NCBI GenBank assembly: GCA_964487875.1
Contig: CAZASL010000001.1
Coordinates: 1-38,676 of the forward strand
Length of the DNA: 38,676 nt
Source of the DNA: an uncultured Candidatus Saccharibacteria bacterium
GTDB lineage: Bacteria; Patescibacteriota; Saccharimonadia; Saccharimonadales; UBA4665
Reading direction: 5' to 3'
The notes beneath the pieces were generated by a model. The model saw only the letters and a program-made list of their open reading frames with translations, made no database searches and was not told the origin of the DNA. Position numbers and translations under genes: made by a program. Below are positions 17,366 to 25,743 of this stretch, piece after piece (within the stretch, counting starts at the first letter, position 1; each line of letters begins with the position of its first letter).

Positions 17366-18664
17366 CTATTTCTTTTTAAGACAGGTTGTCCAAGCAGCAT
17401 CGGGGTTGATGGCGAAACAGCCTGTTGACCCTGTGTTCAGGCTCTCGAATTTCTTAGCTTGTACGGCAAAGTTAGTATCTTTTAGTCGCGGGACGCTAAA
17501 AGCAAAAGGGAAAAATACTAGATACATAACCAATAAGCTGGCGGCCAGCTTGGCAGTGAAGTCTTTCCTGTAGTTCGTAAGGGCCAGCAAGGCCACCAAC
17601 CAGCCAAAGAACGGGACTAAGAAATATCGTTCGCCGAAAGCATTAAACTGTAGCATTTTCCAAAACTGAACTATCGGAACCGTTTGGGCTCTTAGAAATG
17701 AGGTTACGTATAAGACCGCGCAGAAAAAAATTATAGTTCTGATCTCTAGCCGCGTCTTAGCAAATGCTATTAACGCCAGGAGAATAAAGACTATGCCTAA
17801 AGCATACATCTGTGGCGAGCTTGCTACACTTTCATTTGTTACAATTCTTTCACCCAGTACTGGCAACACAAAAAACCTCATGCCGGTTATCTCGACAGGT
17901 CTATTATAGTTACTTACTATTGATCTTGATTGATGAATTACGCTGGAACTTTGATGAGAATGGTGTGTATACACAAAAATCTGCACGAGAGCACAGACCA
18001 AAAGAATCGTAAATTTTATGTAAGTTTCAGGTAGTCTGGCTCGTCTGTGGACTACTAAGAAGAAAGCGGTTAGTAACAAAACGCTGGAGAAAGGACCGGT
18101 CATGCCCATAAGAAGTAAAATGATCGAGTCAAATACAAGCCAGCGTTTTGCGCTGGACGGGTTTAGTCGTGTTAAAACAAGAATAGACGCAATAGCTAGA
18201 TACCATATGCTATTAGTCAAGTTGCCGAATACCTCTGTCACATTTGGCATTAAGAGTAGTAGCACGGTCAGGATAAGCTTTTTGAAATCTCCCTCTTTTT
18301 CTAAAAGTGTTTTGTCTGACCAGAGAACAAAGATAGGCAGGATCATTATAGACACAGAAACAAGATTAAATATAAGAGGCCCGATAGATATAGGGAACTT
18401 AACTGCTATCAGGGCCACTAGTCTTGGATATGTCTGTAAGAAGTCTGAGTATGAATGAGCAAGACTGCTTATCCCTTGTATATACGCATCTCGATAAAAG
18501 ACAGCGAAGTCTTCTGCCCAAAATTGAGGATGTAGTAATAGCTCAGGACGTCTTAGACAAATCACTATGATCGATAGGCCGCAAATTAGAAAAGCTTTTC
18601 TTAATAGCGAAAGTCCAGTGAACTTATGCCACGTGTCTTCTAAATACTCTCGTGCGTTTACCAT
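17366..18664 (-). CDS. Uncharacterised polytopic membrane protein, paralogue of 12068-13321 (GT-C-like candidate)
   Basis: 432 aa. Same motif set as the 417-aa protein (HPQFWAED, EVFGNLTNSIWYLA, AKRWLVFD...GMTGPF, GERYFLVP, CFAINPDAAWTTCL). Last gene of the wzm operon. Confidence 0.75.
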   Translation of the reverse strand: MVNAREYLEDTWHKFTGLSLLRKAFLICGLSIIVICLRRPELLLHPQFWAEDFAVFYRDAYIQGISSLAHSYSDFLQTYPRLVALIAVKFPISIGPLIFNLVSVSIMILPIFVLWSDKTLLEKEGDFKKLILTVLLLLMPNVTEVFGNLTNSIWYLAIASILVLTRLNPSSAKRWLVFDSIILLLMGMTGPFSSVLLLTAFFLVVHRRARLPETYIKFTILLVCALVQIFVYTHHSHQSSSVIHQSRSIVSNYNRPVEITGMRFFVLPVLGERIVTNESVASSPQMYALGIVFILLALIAFAKTRLEIRTIIFFCAVLYVTSFLRAQTVPIVQFWKMLQFNAFGERYFLVPFFGWLVALLALTNYRKDFTAKLAASLLVMYLVFFPFAFSVPRLKDTNFAVQAKKFESLNTGSTGCFAINPDAAWTTCLKKK

Positions 18665-18674
18665 TTAGCCGTGT

Positions 18675-20597
18675 CTAGCCTTCCCTCAACCTTGCACTGG
18701 CGATATCTCTCCTAAAAGCGGGGTGGTAACACGGGTCGTTTTCTATCAGTGCCCCCCACTTCTTGAGCATTAAGTTGATCTCTTTTTCGAAAACACCTAA
18801 GTCTCGTTGTTTGGAACCGGGTTTACCGACAGAGATTGATTCGTAGTGGTACAGCGTTACTTGCGGCAAGTAAACATTACGCCAACCTTTGTCGTAGAGC
18901 TTCAAACACATATCAACATCGTTAAAGGCTATCCGGAAGACAGGGTCAAAGCCCCTCACGTCGTCAAACTTCTTTTTAGACACCATTACACAGGCTGCGG
19001 TTACTGCAGTGAAGTTGCGGGCACCGCCTATGTATAGTGGCTGGGTTGGGTCTTGCGGCGGATGATCAATGAAAGCTGGGAAGTAGTGACCAGCTATGCC
19101 CGACGTACCGTTCTGGCCACCAACGCCCAGAATGATGCCAGCATGTTGAAGCTTGCGATCGGGATAGTACAGTTTGCAGCCAACGGCACCGATGTCTTTT
19201 TGCTGCGCATAGCCCAACATGTCTTCTATCCATGATTTAGTAATAACTTCTGTGTCGTTATTCAAAAACAACAGATACTCGCCTTTTGATTTGTCCGCGC
19301 CGAAGTCACAGGCCGAGGCGAAGTTAAACGGCTTTTTGTGCCATTTCACGACTCGTAAACCTTTGCCAAGATTCTTATAGGTTTCGTACAACTTCCAGAC
19401 CTGCTCGTCAGTTGAACCGGTGTCGACTATGACTACCTCGAAGTTTTCGTAAGTAGTTTTAGCCTCTATGGAAGCCAAGCAGCGTTTGATGAAACCGTAC
19501 TGGTCTTTAGTGGGTATTACGATGGAAACCAGCGGGGCGTCTTTAACTTCATAGTTTACCCGCCACATCAGCATCGGCACCTCCCAGCTAAGCTTCGCTT
19601 TCATGCCACGGCTCTTTATGTCGTCTTTTAAGGCTTTTTCCTGGTTAATATAGGCGTAGTCTTTGGCTGAAGGTGTCTTGGCCGTAGAGGTGTCGGACTT
19701 ACGCCAACTATAGAGCACTGTGGGTATGTGATGCACCTTGTCGAGCTCTCTGCTAACCCTTAAAAATAGATCCCAATCTTGGGCGCCTTCATAGCCAGGC
19801 CGGAAGCCGCCGACTTTATTAACAAGTTGTCTGTCGAGTACCGCGAAATGCGTAATGTAGTTGATCGAGCGTAAAAATTCGGGGCTCCAATCGGGCTTAA
19901 AGAACGGGTCTTCGTGCTTGCGGCCGGTTTCGTTTAGCTTATCCTCGTCGCTGTATATGAACTTAGCGTCTGAATGCTCGTTGATTAGTTTGACGTTTTC
20001 ATACAGAGCATTCGGCCATAGATAATCGTCATGGTCTAGGAGTGCAACGTACTCTCCTTTTGCCAGCTCTAGGGCTGAATTCGAAGCTTTGCATATATGA
20101 CCGTTCTTTTCTCGTAAAATATATTTAATACGATTGTCTTTGATCGCGTATTTCTTAATAACTTCACGAACCTTAGGGTTAGTGGAATGATCGTCTGCGA
20201 TACAAAGCTGCCAATTATCATATGTTTGGGCCAGAACAGAGTCTATGCATTCTTTCAGATGTTTTATATTTGTGTTGTACGTTGGGATGATGATGCTGAC
20301 AAGGGGCCGCTGTTTTAGCTTTTTCTGCTTGGCTTTTTGTTTATCAATAACTGATTGGGATGGAAAATGCCGCTTAAACCATTTACGGTATTCTTTCTCT
20401 CTTTGTTTTCGTATATATGAAGAGGCCGTGTGAGAATCAATCCGTCTAACAACTTTCCCGATCCCAGGCACTTTTTTCGTGTAACGATTTAGGAAAATCT
20501 GCTTCCCCGCGACCTTTGTATGGAGAAGTTTCACGCCCTGGACAGCCACTCTTTTGGACTGCGCTTTAATAACTCGTTTTGGTTTACTTTCTGTCAT
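18675..20597 (-). CDS. Two-domain GT2 glycosyltransferase (candidate chain-extending enzyme)
   Basis: 640 aa. Basic N-terminal ~95 aa, then two GT2 modules (PLVSIIIPTYNT...CIADDHST...LDHDD and PLVSIVIPTKDQ...VIVDTGSTD...LNNDTE). Confidence 0.88.
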   Translation of the reverse strand: MTESKPKRVIKAQSKRVAVQGVKLLHTKVAGKQIFLNRYTKKVPGIGKVVRRIDSHTASSYIRKQREKEYRKWFKRHFPSQSVIDKQKAKQKKLKQRPLVSIIIPTYNTNIKHLKECIDSVLAQTYDNWQLCIADDHSTNPKVREVIKKYAIKDNRIKYILREKNGHICKASNSALELAKGEYVALLDHDDYLWPNALYENVKLINEHSDAKFIYSDEDKLNETGRKHEDPFFKPDWSPEFLRSINYITHFAVLDRQLVNKVGGFRPGYEGAQDWDLFLRVSRELDKVHHIPTVLYSWRKSDTSTAKTPSAKDYAYINQEKALKDDIKSRGMKAKLSWEVPMLMWRVNYEVKDAPLVSIVIPTKDQYGFIKRCLASIEAKTTYENFEVVIVDTGSTDEQVWKLYETYKNLGKGLRVVKWHKKPFNFASACDFGADKSKGEYLLFLNNDTEVITKSWIEDMLGYAQQKDIGAVGCKLYYPDRKLQHAGIILGVGGQNGTSGIAGHYFPAFIDHPPQDPTQPLYIGGARNFTAVTAACVMVSKKKFDDVRGFDPVFRIAFNDVDMCLKLYDKGWRNVYLPQVTLYHYESISVGKPGSKQRDLGVFEKEINLMLKKWGALIENDPCYHPAFRRDIASARLREG

Positions 20598-20600
20598 GAG

Positions 20601-21578
20601 TTAATGTCTGCTTATTTTTGTATTTATGTGACGCAGGGGCTTGGTAATTCTCCACGAATGTGAGTTTTGCATTGCAGTAATGTCATTTTGGAGTTTGTTT
20701 ATAGTCATGTCTTTATGATCTGCTATTTGTTGAAGAGCTTGTGTCTTTTTGTTTAGTATTTCTGTAAAAGCTATGGGCACCTTTTCTGCTAGAGATAATG
20801 GTATACCATCATTAGTAGCCGGTAATTTATTGGAGCAATTTTTCACCTTATCCATTGTGTCTTTGTCTTTTGCTATAAAGTAAATGACACGATAAGCCTG
20901 CTGTCTATTGACACTGTCTTCAAATCCATACAGATTATCGTTGTAGTATCTGTTAAGCTTGCCAGCTTCTATCGAAATTACATCCAATGCGTCTGCATAG
21001 AAGAAAATCATTTGCAGGTACACCCAATTTTGTAAGGTGTTGCTGTATCGCTTGGTAAAATACAAGCCGTTTTCTTTCAAAATCTCTTCAATTTCTTCGT
21101 CAGTAGGCAGTCCATTATCAATGTGCTCTTTGAGCCATGAGTGATCTTCTTTTTTTAGCTGTTTATAGATAGCGTTAAGGTTTTTTTCGGAGTTTGCTGT
21201 GGCCCCTTTCCCATTTTCAAACGGACAGCACAGAAAGAACCCTTCTTTCGCGACACGACTACATTCTTTAACAAATTTTTCTCGATCTTTACGTCCAATA
21301 TGTTCAAGCACGTCAAAGCTAACAACGAAGTCAAATGACTGGTCTTTGAGTAAAAGGTTCGTGCCATCGCCTTTTACATAGTTTTTTTCTTTGACATCAA
21401 AGACATCCAGTATGGTCGTGGTGTCTTTAGGTAAAAATTCTCCGGTCTTGCCCTTGTAGCCGCCAACATCAAGTACCGTGAATCTTTCTTCCCCTTCTCG
21501 AAAACAATTTATCAAGTCTGCGACTATTTTTTGCCTACTATATTGGTCGAATGGTAGGTCTTTGAGGGATAGAGCCAT
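20601..21578 (-). CDS. Class I SAM-dependent methyltransferase with helical C-terminal extension (WbdD-like terminator candidate)
   Basis: ATG at 21578 (5 nt after the wzt stop, GGAGAGGA upstream) is preferred to the TTG at 21605. VLDVGGYKGKTG, FDFVVSFDVLEHI. C-terminal Q/L-rich helix then SHSWRITKPLR. Confidence 0.8.
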   Translation of the reverse strand: MALSLKDLPFDQYSRQKIVADLINCFREGEERFTVLDVGGYKGKTGEFLPKDTTTILDVFDVKEKNYVKGDGTNLLLKDQSFDFVVSFDVLEHIGRKDREKFVKECSRVAKEGFFLCCPFENGKGATANSEKNLNAIYKQLKKEDHSWLKEHIDNGLPTDEEIEEILKENGLYFTKRYSNTLQNWVYLQMIFFYADALDVISIEAGKLNRYYNDNLYGFEDSVNRQQAYRVIYFIAKDKDTMDKVKNCSNKLPATNDGIPLSLAEKVPIAFTEILNKKTQALQQIADHKDMTINKLQNDITAMQNSHSWRITKPLRHINTKISRH

Positions 21579-21583
21579 GTCGT

Positions 21584-22795
21584 TTATTCCTCTCCTTTCG
21601 ACCAATCACCAAATAGATTTATTTTGCCAACAGAATTATCAGGGTTATCGTTTGGCATAACATTAAGCTTAAAGCCATTGTATATATGGTCGTGCTCTTC
21701 TGTTAGATCATTGTTAAATACAGCTGCCGTAATCTTATATTCGCCGTCACTGAAGGGAAGTTTCTTAATCTTGTACGATATCTGATCATTTGAAGTGAAT
21801 GCCTGACCCATACTGTTAGGCCCCGATATATTTATTCCGTCGACATCTTCAAACATTAGTCCTGTTGTTATAGGCAGCTTCTTTTTTGATTCAAGTATAA
21901 ATCGTATTTCGATATCATCACCTTGTTTCACTCGATTGCCAGACGTTTCCTTGCCATTCGACAATATCTCAATTTTCTTAATTTTTACCTTACCGTCGCC
22001 CCATCTACGAAGGGTATGGCTATCGGCCTTTTCTCCTGAGGCTTGTTGGTTCGCGTTTATCTCTTGGTAGACAGCGGCCGCCTCGCTTGGCGTATAAATA
22101 CCTTTTAGCTCGCCCATGTCGATAACGGCGGCTCTGTCGCAGAATTTTCTGATTGACTGCATGTCGTGGGTAACTAGCACTATGGTGCGTTTATTCTCTT
22201 TCATCTCGGCAAATACTTTGTTGCATTTCTTCTGGAAAGCCGCGTCCCCCACGGCTAGTACTTCGTCCAGTACTAATATGCTAGTCTTGGCCCTAATCGC
22301 GATCGAAAACGCCAACCTCACCTGCATGCCAGACGAGTAATTCTTCAGTTTTTGGTCCATGAATTTGCGCAGTTCGGCGAACTCCACGATGTCGCGGTAC
22401 ATTGCCTTCATCTCTTTGCGATTAAAGCCCAGCAAAGCGCCATTGAGGTAGACGTTTTCGCGGCCGGTCAGCTCCGGGTTAAAGCCCACGCCGAGCTCGA
22501 TGAACGGTGTCAGCTTGCCGTTGACCTGGATGCTACCCTTGCTCGGCGAATATATGCCGGCCAGCATTTTCAGTAACGTGCTTTTGCCGCTGCCGTTGCG
22601 GCCGACGATGCCGAAGAACTCGCCCTTTTTGACTTCAAATGAGACGTCTTTTAGGGCTTCTTGCTTCTCAAAAGTGCGCTTGCTGCGATAGAAGTTAATG
22701 ACCATGCTCTTGATGGAGTTATTTTTTTCGTGCGGCAAGCGGAAGGTCTTGCTGACGTTGTCGACTTTGATGGCAATGTCATTTTGGTCGCTCAT
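21584..22795 (-). CDS. wzt: Polysaccharide ABC exporter ATP-binding protein (Wzt/TagH type) with C-terminal beta-rich extension
   Basis: 403 aa. Walker A GRNGSGKST, signature YSSGMQVRLAFS, Walker B ILVLDEVLAVGD. A ~140-aa C-terminal extension from RRWGDGKVKIKKIEIL is consistent with a Wzt_C-type carbohydrate-binding domain. Confidence 0.9.
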   Translation of the reverse strand: MSDQNDIAIKVDNVSKTFRLPHEKNNSIKSMVINFYRSKRTFEKQEALKDVSFEVKKGEFFGIVGRNGSGKSTLLKMLAGIYSPSKGSIQVNGKLTPFIELGVGFNPELTGRENVYLNGALLGFNRKEMKAMYRDIVEFAELRKFMDQKLKNYSSGMQVRLAFSIAIRAKTSILVLDEVLAVGDAAFQKKCNKVFAEMKENKRTIVLVTHDMQSIRKFCDRAAVIDMGELKGIYTPSEAAAVYQEINANQQASGEKADSHTLRRWGDGKVKIKKIEILSNGKETSGNRVKQGDDIEIRFILESKKKLPITTGLMFEDVDGINISGPNSMGQAFTSNDQISYKIKKLPFSDGEYKITAAVFNNDLTEEHDHIYNGFKLNVMPNDNPDNSVGKINLFGDWSKGEE

Positions 22796-23595
22796 TAGAT
22801 ATTCTCCGCGAAGTATTTAGATTCCCGCCGGAAGTACGCCAGCCCGCCAATCAGCACCACAACCACGATGACAAACGGAATTAGCTTGTACCAGCCGCCT
22901 TCGAACAATGTGTAAGCCGTGGTGGTTTCTTTGGTTATGGCCACATAGCGGGCATCCTGAATGGTCTGGGCCATGGGGCTGAGCAGAATGACCTTCTGCA
23001 GGGTCAGGCTCGGAATCAGCGACAGCGGGTACAGAATGGGTGTCATGTAAAAGCCGGCCTGCAATATGACCTCCCAGATGTAGTTGATGTCGCGGAACTT
23101 GACAAACATGGCCGACAGGAACAGCGAACAACCCAACGCGAACAGGTAAACTTCCAGGAAAATCAACGGCAGTATTAGCACGGACGCCGAAAAGGTTACG
23201 TGGTTGAGAGCGATGAAGACGCCGACCACTAGTAAGTTAAGAATGAAGTTAATCAGCGCTGAGATGCTGCTGGAAAAGACGATCATCCAGCGCGGAATGC
23301 GGATTTTTCTGATAAGATCGCCGCGGCCGACTATGGAGCTCAGGCTCTGGCTGGTCATCTCCAAAAAGAAGTTCCAAATGACGATGCCCAGCAGCAGGTA
23401 GACCGGATAATGCGGAATGCTAGCGCCCAGGCGTAGGAATTTGACGAAAACGACATACAAAATCAGAAACATTAGCAACGGCCGTAGCAGTGACCAGGCG
23501 TAGCCCAGGACTGACCCCTGATAGCGCAGCTTGAAGTCGGTGCGAACCAACTCGCTGAGCAGAGCTCGATTTTGCTTCGAGAAAAATCGTTTCAT
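22795..23595 (-). CDS. wzm: Polysaccharide ABC exporter permease (ABC-2 / Wzm type)
   Basis: ATG at 23595 (MKRFFSKQNRALLSELVRTDFKLRYQGSVLGYAWSLLRPL) gives ~266 aa. The TTG at 23652 would overlap the divergent GT2. TAATG overlap with the wzt start. Confidence 0.88.
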   Translation of the reverse strand: MKRFFSKQNRALLSELVRTDFKLRYQGSVLGYAWSLLRPLLMFLILYVVFVKFLRLGASIPHYPVYLLLGIVIWNFFLEMTSQSLSSIVGRGDLIRKIRIPRWMIVFSSSISALINFILNLLVVGVFIALNHVTFSASVLILPLIFLEVYLFALGCSLFLSAMFVKFRDINYIWEVILQAGFYMTPILYPLSLIPSLTLQKVILLSPMAQTIQDARYVAITKETTTAYTLFEGGWYKLIPFVIVVVVLIGGLAYFRRESKYFAENI

Positions 23596-23605
23596 GTTTT
23601 GGGTT

Positions 23606-23634
23606 ATTATAGAGGAAATGAATAGTTTCGTCGA
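23606..23634 (-). promoter_or_regulatory. Possible promoter of the wzm operon (near-leaderless)
   Basis: On the minus strand: TCGACG (23634-23629), 17-nt spacer, TATAAT (23611-23606), then 10 nt to the ATG at 23595 with no SD. Confidence 0.4.
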
Positions 23635-24656
23635 TGGCTGAGCAGTCCGCAAATATCGCCGTGGTGGTGCCGAATTGGAATGGTGCCGACCATTTGGCGG
23701 CCTGCCTGGATTCCCTGTTGGCGCAATCGCTGGCCTGCCGCGTGATCGTCGTTGATAACGGCTCTGTGGATGGTTCGCTGAAATTGCTGGAAAAATACTC
23801 GGGTATTGAGGTGATTTTGCACGAGCGGAACAAGGGCTTTGCGGGTGGTGTTAATGCCGGTTTTCGGCGGGCGATAGATGACGGGCTGAAATACGTGGCC
23901 TCATTCAATAATGACGCCGTGGCCGATAAAGATTGGCTAAAGGAGCTGGTGGCCGAGCTGGACGCTAACCCGAAAGTTGGCATCGCCACCTCCAAAATCC
24001 TTAATGGCAGTGGCAAAAAGCTCGATAGCACTGGTGATTACTTAACAAATTGGGGTCTGCCCTATCCGCGTGGTCGCGGTGAGTCCGATCTGGACAAATA
24101 CGACGGTTCGACCGAAGTGTTCGCGGCCAGTGGCGGCGCCAGCTTGTACCGCGTGAAAATGTTGCAGGAAGTTGGCCTGTTCGACGAAGACTTTTTTGCT
24201 TATTACGAAGATGTTGACCTCAGTTTCCGGGCCCAGCTGGCCGGCTGGAAGGTCCGATTTGTGCCAAGCGCCGTGGTCCGCCACCAAATTGGCGCTACTT
24301 CCGGCAAACTCAAGGGCTTCACGGCCTACCAAACCATGAAGAACCAGCCGCTGGTGCTATACAAAAACCTGCCGACTAAGCTGTGGTGGACGGTCGGCTG
24401 GCGCTTCACGCTGGCCCACACCGCGTTTTTTCTGCGGGCGATTGGCCGCGGTCATGGCTGGGCAGCTTTAAAGGGCGACCTGCGCGGCACATATTTAATA
24501 TTTAAGAAACATTTTGTGCGCAAGCGGTTGCAGGATAGCCGCAAAGTTAAAGATAGTTACATCTGGGGCATGATGGTACACGACCTGCCGCCTAACGCCC
24601 GCGGTTTGCGCCGGCTACGCGCTGTGTGGTGGAAACTGCGAGGCAAGCATGGCTAG
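23634..24656 (+). CDS. GT2 glycosyltransferase, WbbL/rhamnosyltransferase-like
   Basis: 340 aa. IAVVVPNWNGADHL, VIVVDNGSVDGS, NKGFAGGVN, FNNDAV, FFAYYEDVDLSFR. Confidence 0.85.
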   Translation: MAEQSANIAVVVPNWNGADHLAACLDSLLAQSLACRVIVVDNGSVDGSLKLLEKYSGIEVILHERNKGFAGGVNAGFRRAIDDGLKYVASFNNDAVADKDWLKELVAELDANPKVGIATSKILNGSGKKLDSTGDYLTNWGLPYPRGRGESDLDKYDGSTEVFAASGGASLYRVKMLQEVGLFDEDFFAYYEDVDLSFRAQLAGWKVRFVPSAVVRHQIGATSGKLKGFTAYQTMKNQPLVLYKNLPTKLWWTVGWRFTLAHTAFFLRAIGRGHGWAALKGDLRGTYLIFKKHFVRKRLQDSRKVKDSYIWGMMVHDLPPNARGLRRLRAVWWKLRGKHG

Positions 24657-25743
24657 GATTGTCATCGACGCCCGCGAATCGGGCACCAGCACCGGCCGCT
24701 ACATCGACAAGCTGGTCGAAAACCTGGCCAAACTTAACCCGCCGTTCGAGGTGGTGGTTATGACCAAGTCGCCCCGTGTTGAATATATAAAAGGCGTGGC
24801 GCCCAACTTTGAAGTTGAACGGGCTGATTTTAAAGAGTTCACTTTTGCCGAGCAGCTCGGTTTTAAGCGGTTTATTAAAATGCTGCGGCCCGACCTGGTG
24901 CATTTTTCTATGCCTCAGCAACCGGTTCGGTATCACGGCAAGGTTGTCACAACCGTCCATGACCTGACGACTTTACGTTTTACCAACCCAGCCAAAAATA
25001 TATTGGTTTTTAAGTTTAAACAGATGGTTTTTAAGCATGTTGTTAAGCGGGCCGCCCGGAAGTCGGCGGCGGTTTTAACCGGTTCGGAATTCGTTAAAGA
25101 TGACTTGATCAAATTCGCCAACGTTAGCCCAGACAAAGTTACCGTCACTCATGAGGCAGCCGATGCCATAAAAGATACGCCAGAAGAAGTTAGCAGCCTC
25201 GGGGGTAAGCAATTCCTGATGTATGTTGGTCGGCCTACACCCCACAAGAACCTAGAACGATTAATAGAGGCTTTTGTGAAGCTAAAGTCCCAACACCCTG
25301 ATTTACTACTGGTGCTAGCTGGTAAAAAAGACGCCAACTACCGCCGGATTGAGGCGGTAGTGCAAAAAAGAGGACTGGAGGGCGTTGTTTTCACTGATTT
25401 CGTTAGCGAGGGGCAGCTACGTTGGCTGTATGAACACTGCGCGGTCTACGTCTTCCCTTCTTTAAGCGAAGGTTTCGGTTTGCCTGGCCTGGAAGCTATG
25501 GCGCACGGCGCACCGGTGGTAGCCAGCAACGCCACCTGTTTGCCGGAGATCTATGGTGACGCCGCCCAGTATTTTGACCCACTAGACGTCGAGGCTATGG
25601 CTAAGGCCATAAATGAAGTTTTAACAGATAATGATTTACGCGGCGAGCTTATCAAAAAAGGTGAAGCCCAGGTCAAAAAATACTCCTGGCAACGTATGGC
25701 CGAGCAGACCCTTGCCGCCTACGAAAAAGTGCTTGGGGCTTAG
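24649..25743 (+). CDS. GT4 (GT-B fold) glycosyltransferase
   Basis: 364 aa. C-terminal EGFGLPGLEAMAHGAPVVAS motif. 8-nt overlap with the preceding GT2. Confidence 0.88.
   Translation: MARIVIDARESGTSTGRYIDKLVENLAKLNPPFEVVVMTKSPRVEYIKGVAPNFEVERADFKEFTFAEQLGFKRFIKMLRPDLVHFSMPQQPVRYHGKVVTTVHDLTTLRFTNPAKNILVFKFKQMVFKHVVKRAARKSAAVLTGSEFVKDDLIKFANVSPDKVTVTHEAADAIKDTPEEVSSLGGKQFLMYVGRPTPHKNLERLIEAFVKLKSQHPDLLLVLAGKKDANYRRIEAVVQKRGLEGVVFTDFVSEGQLRWLYEHCAVYVFPSLSEGFGLPGLEAMAHGAPVVASNATCLPEIYGDAAQYFDPLDVEAMAKAINEVLTDNDLRGELIKKGEAQVKKYSWQRMAEQTLAAYEKVLGA

Noticed and set aside
7856-22050. Calling the AT-rich block (or the 31.8-38.7 kb operon) a mobile element or ICE
   Set aside because: No integrase, transposase, relaxase, tRNA target or terminal repeats are visible in the window. 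Composition alone supports exchange by recombination, not a defined mobile element.
23420-24031. 203-aa minus-strand ORF, and similar long ORFs at 5279-5755 (-), 2677-3105 (+), 28290-28960 (-), 30797-31228 (+), 37739-38485 (+)
   Set aside because: Each lies antisense or out of frame inside a longer ORF with unmistakable family motifs. Their translations are Arg/Ala/Pro/Ser-rich low-complexity strings typical of shadow ORFs in GC-rich coding DNA.
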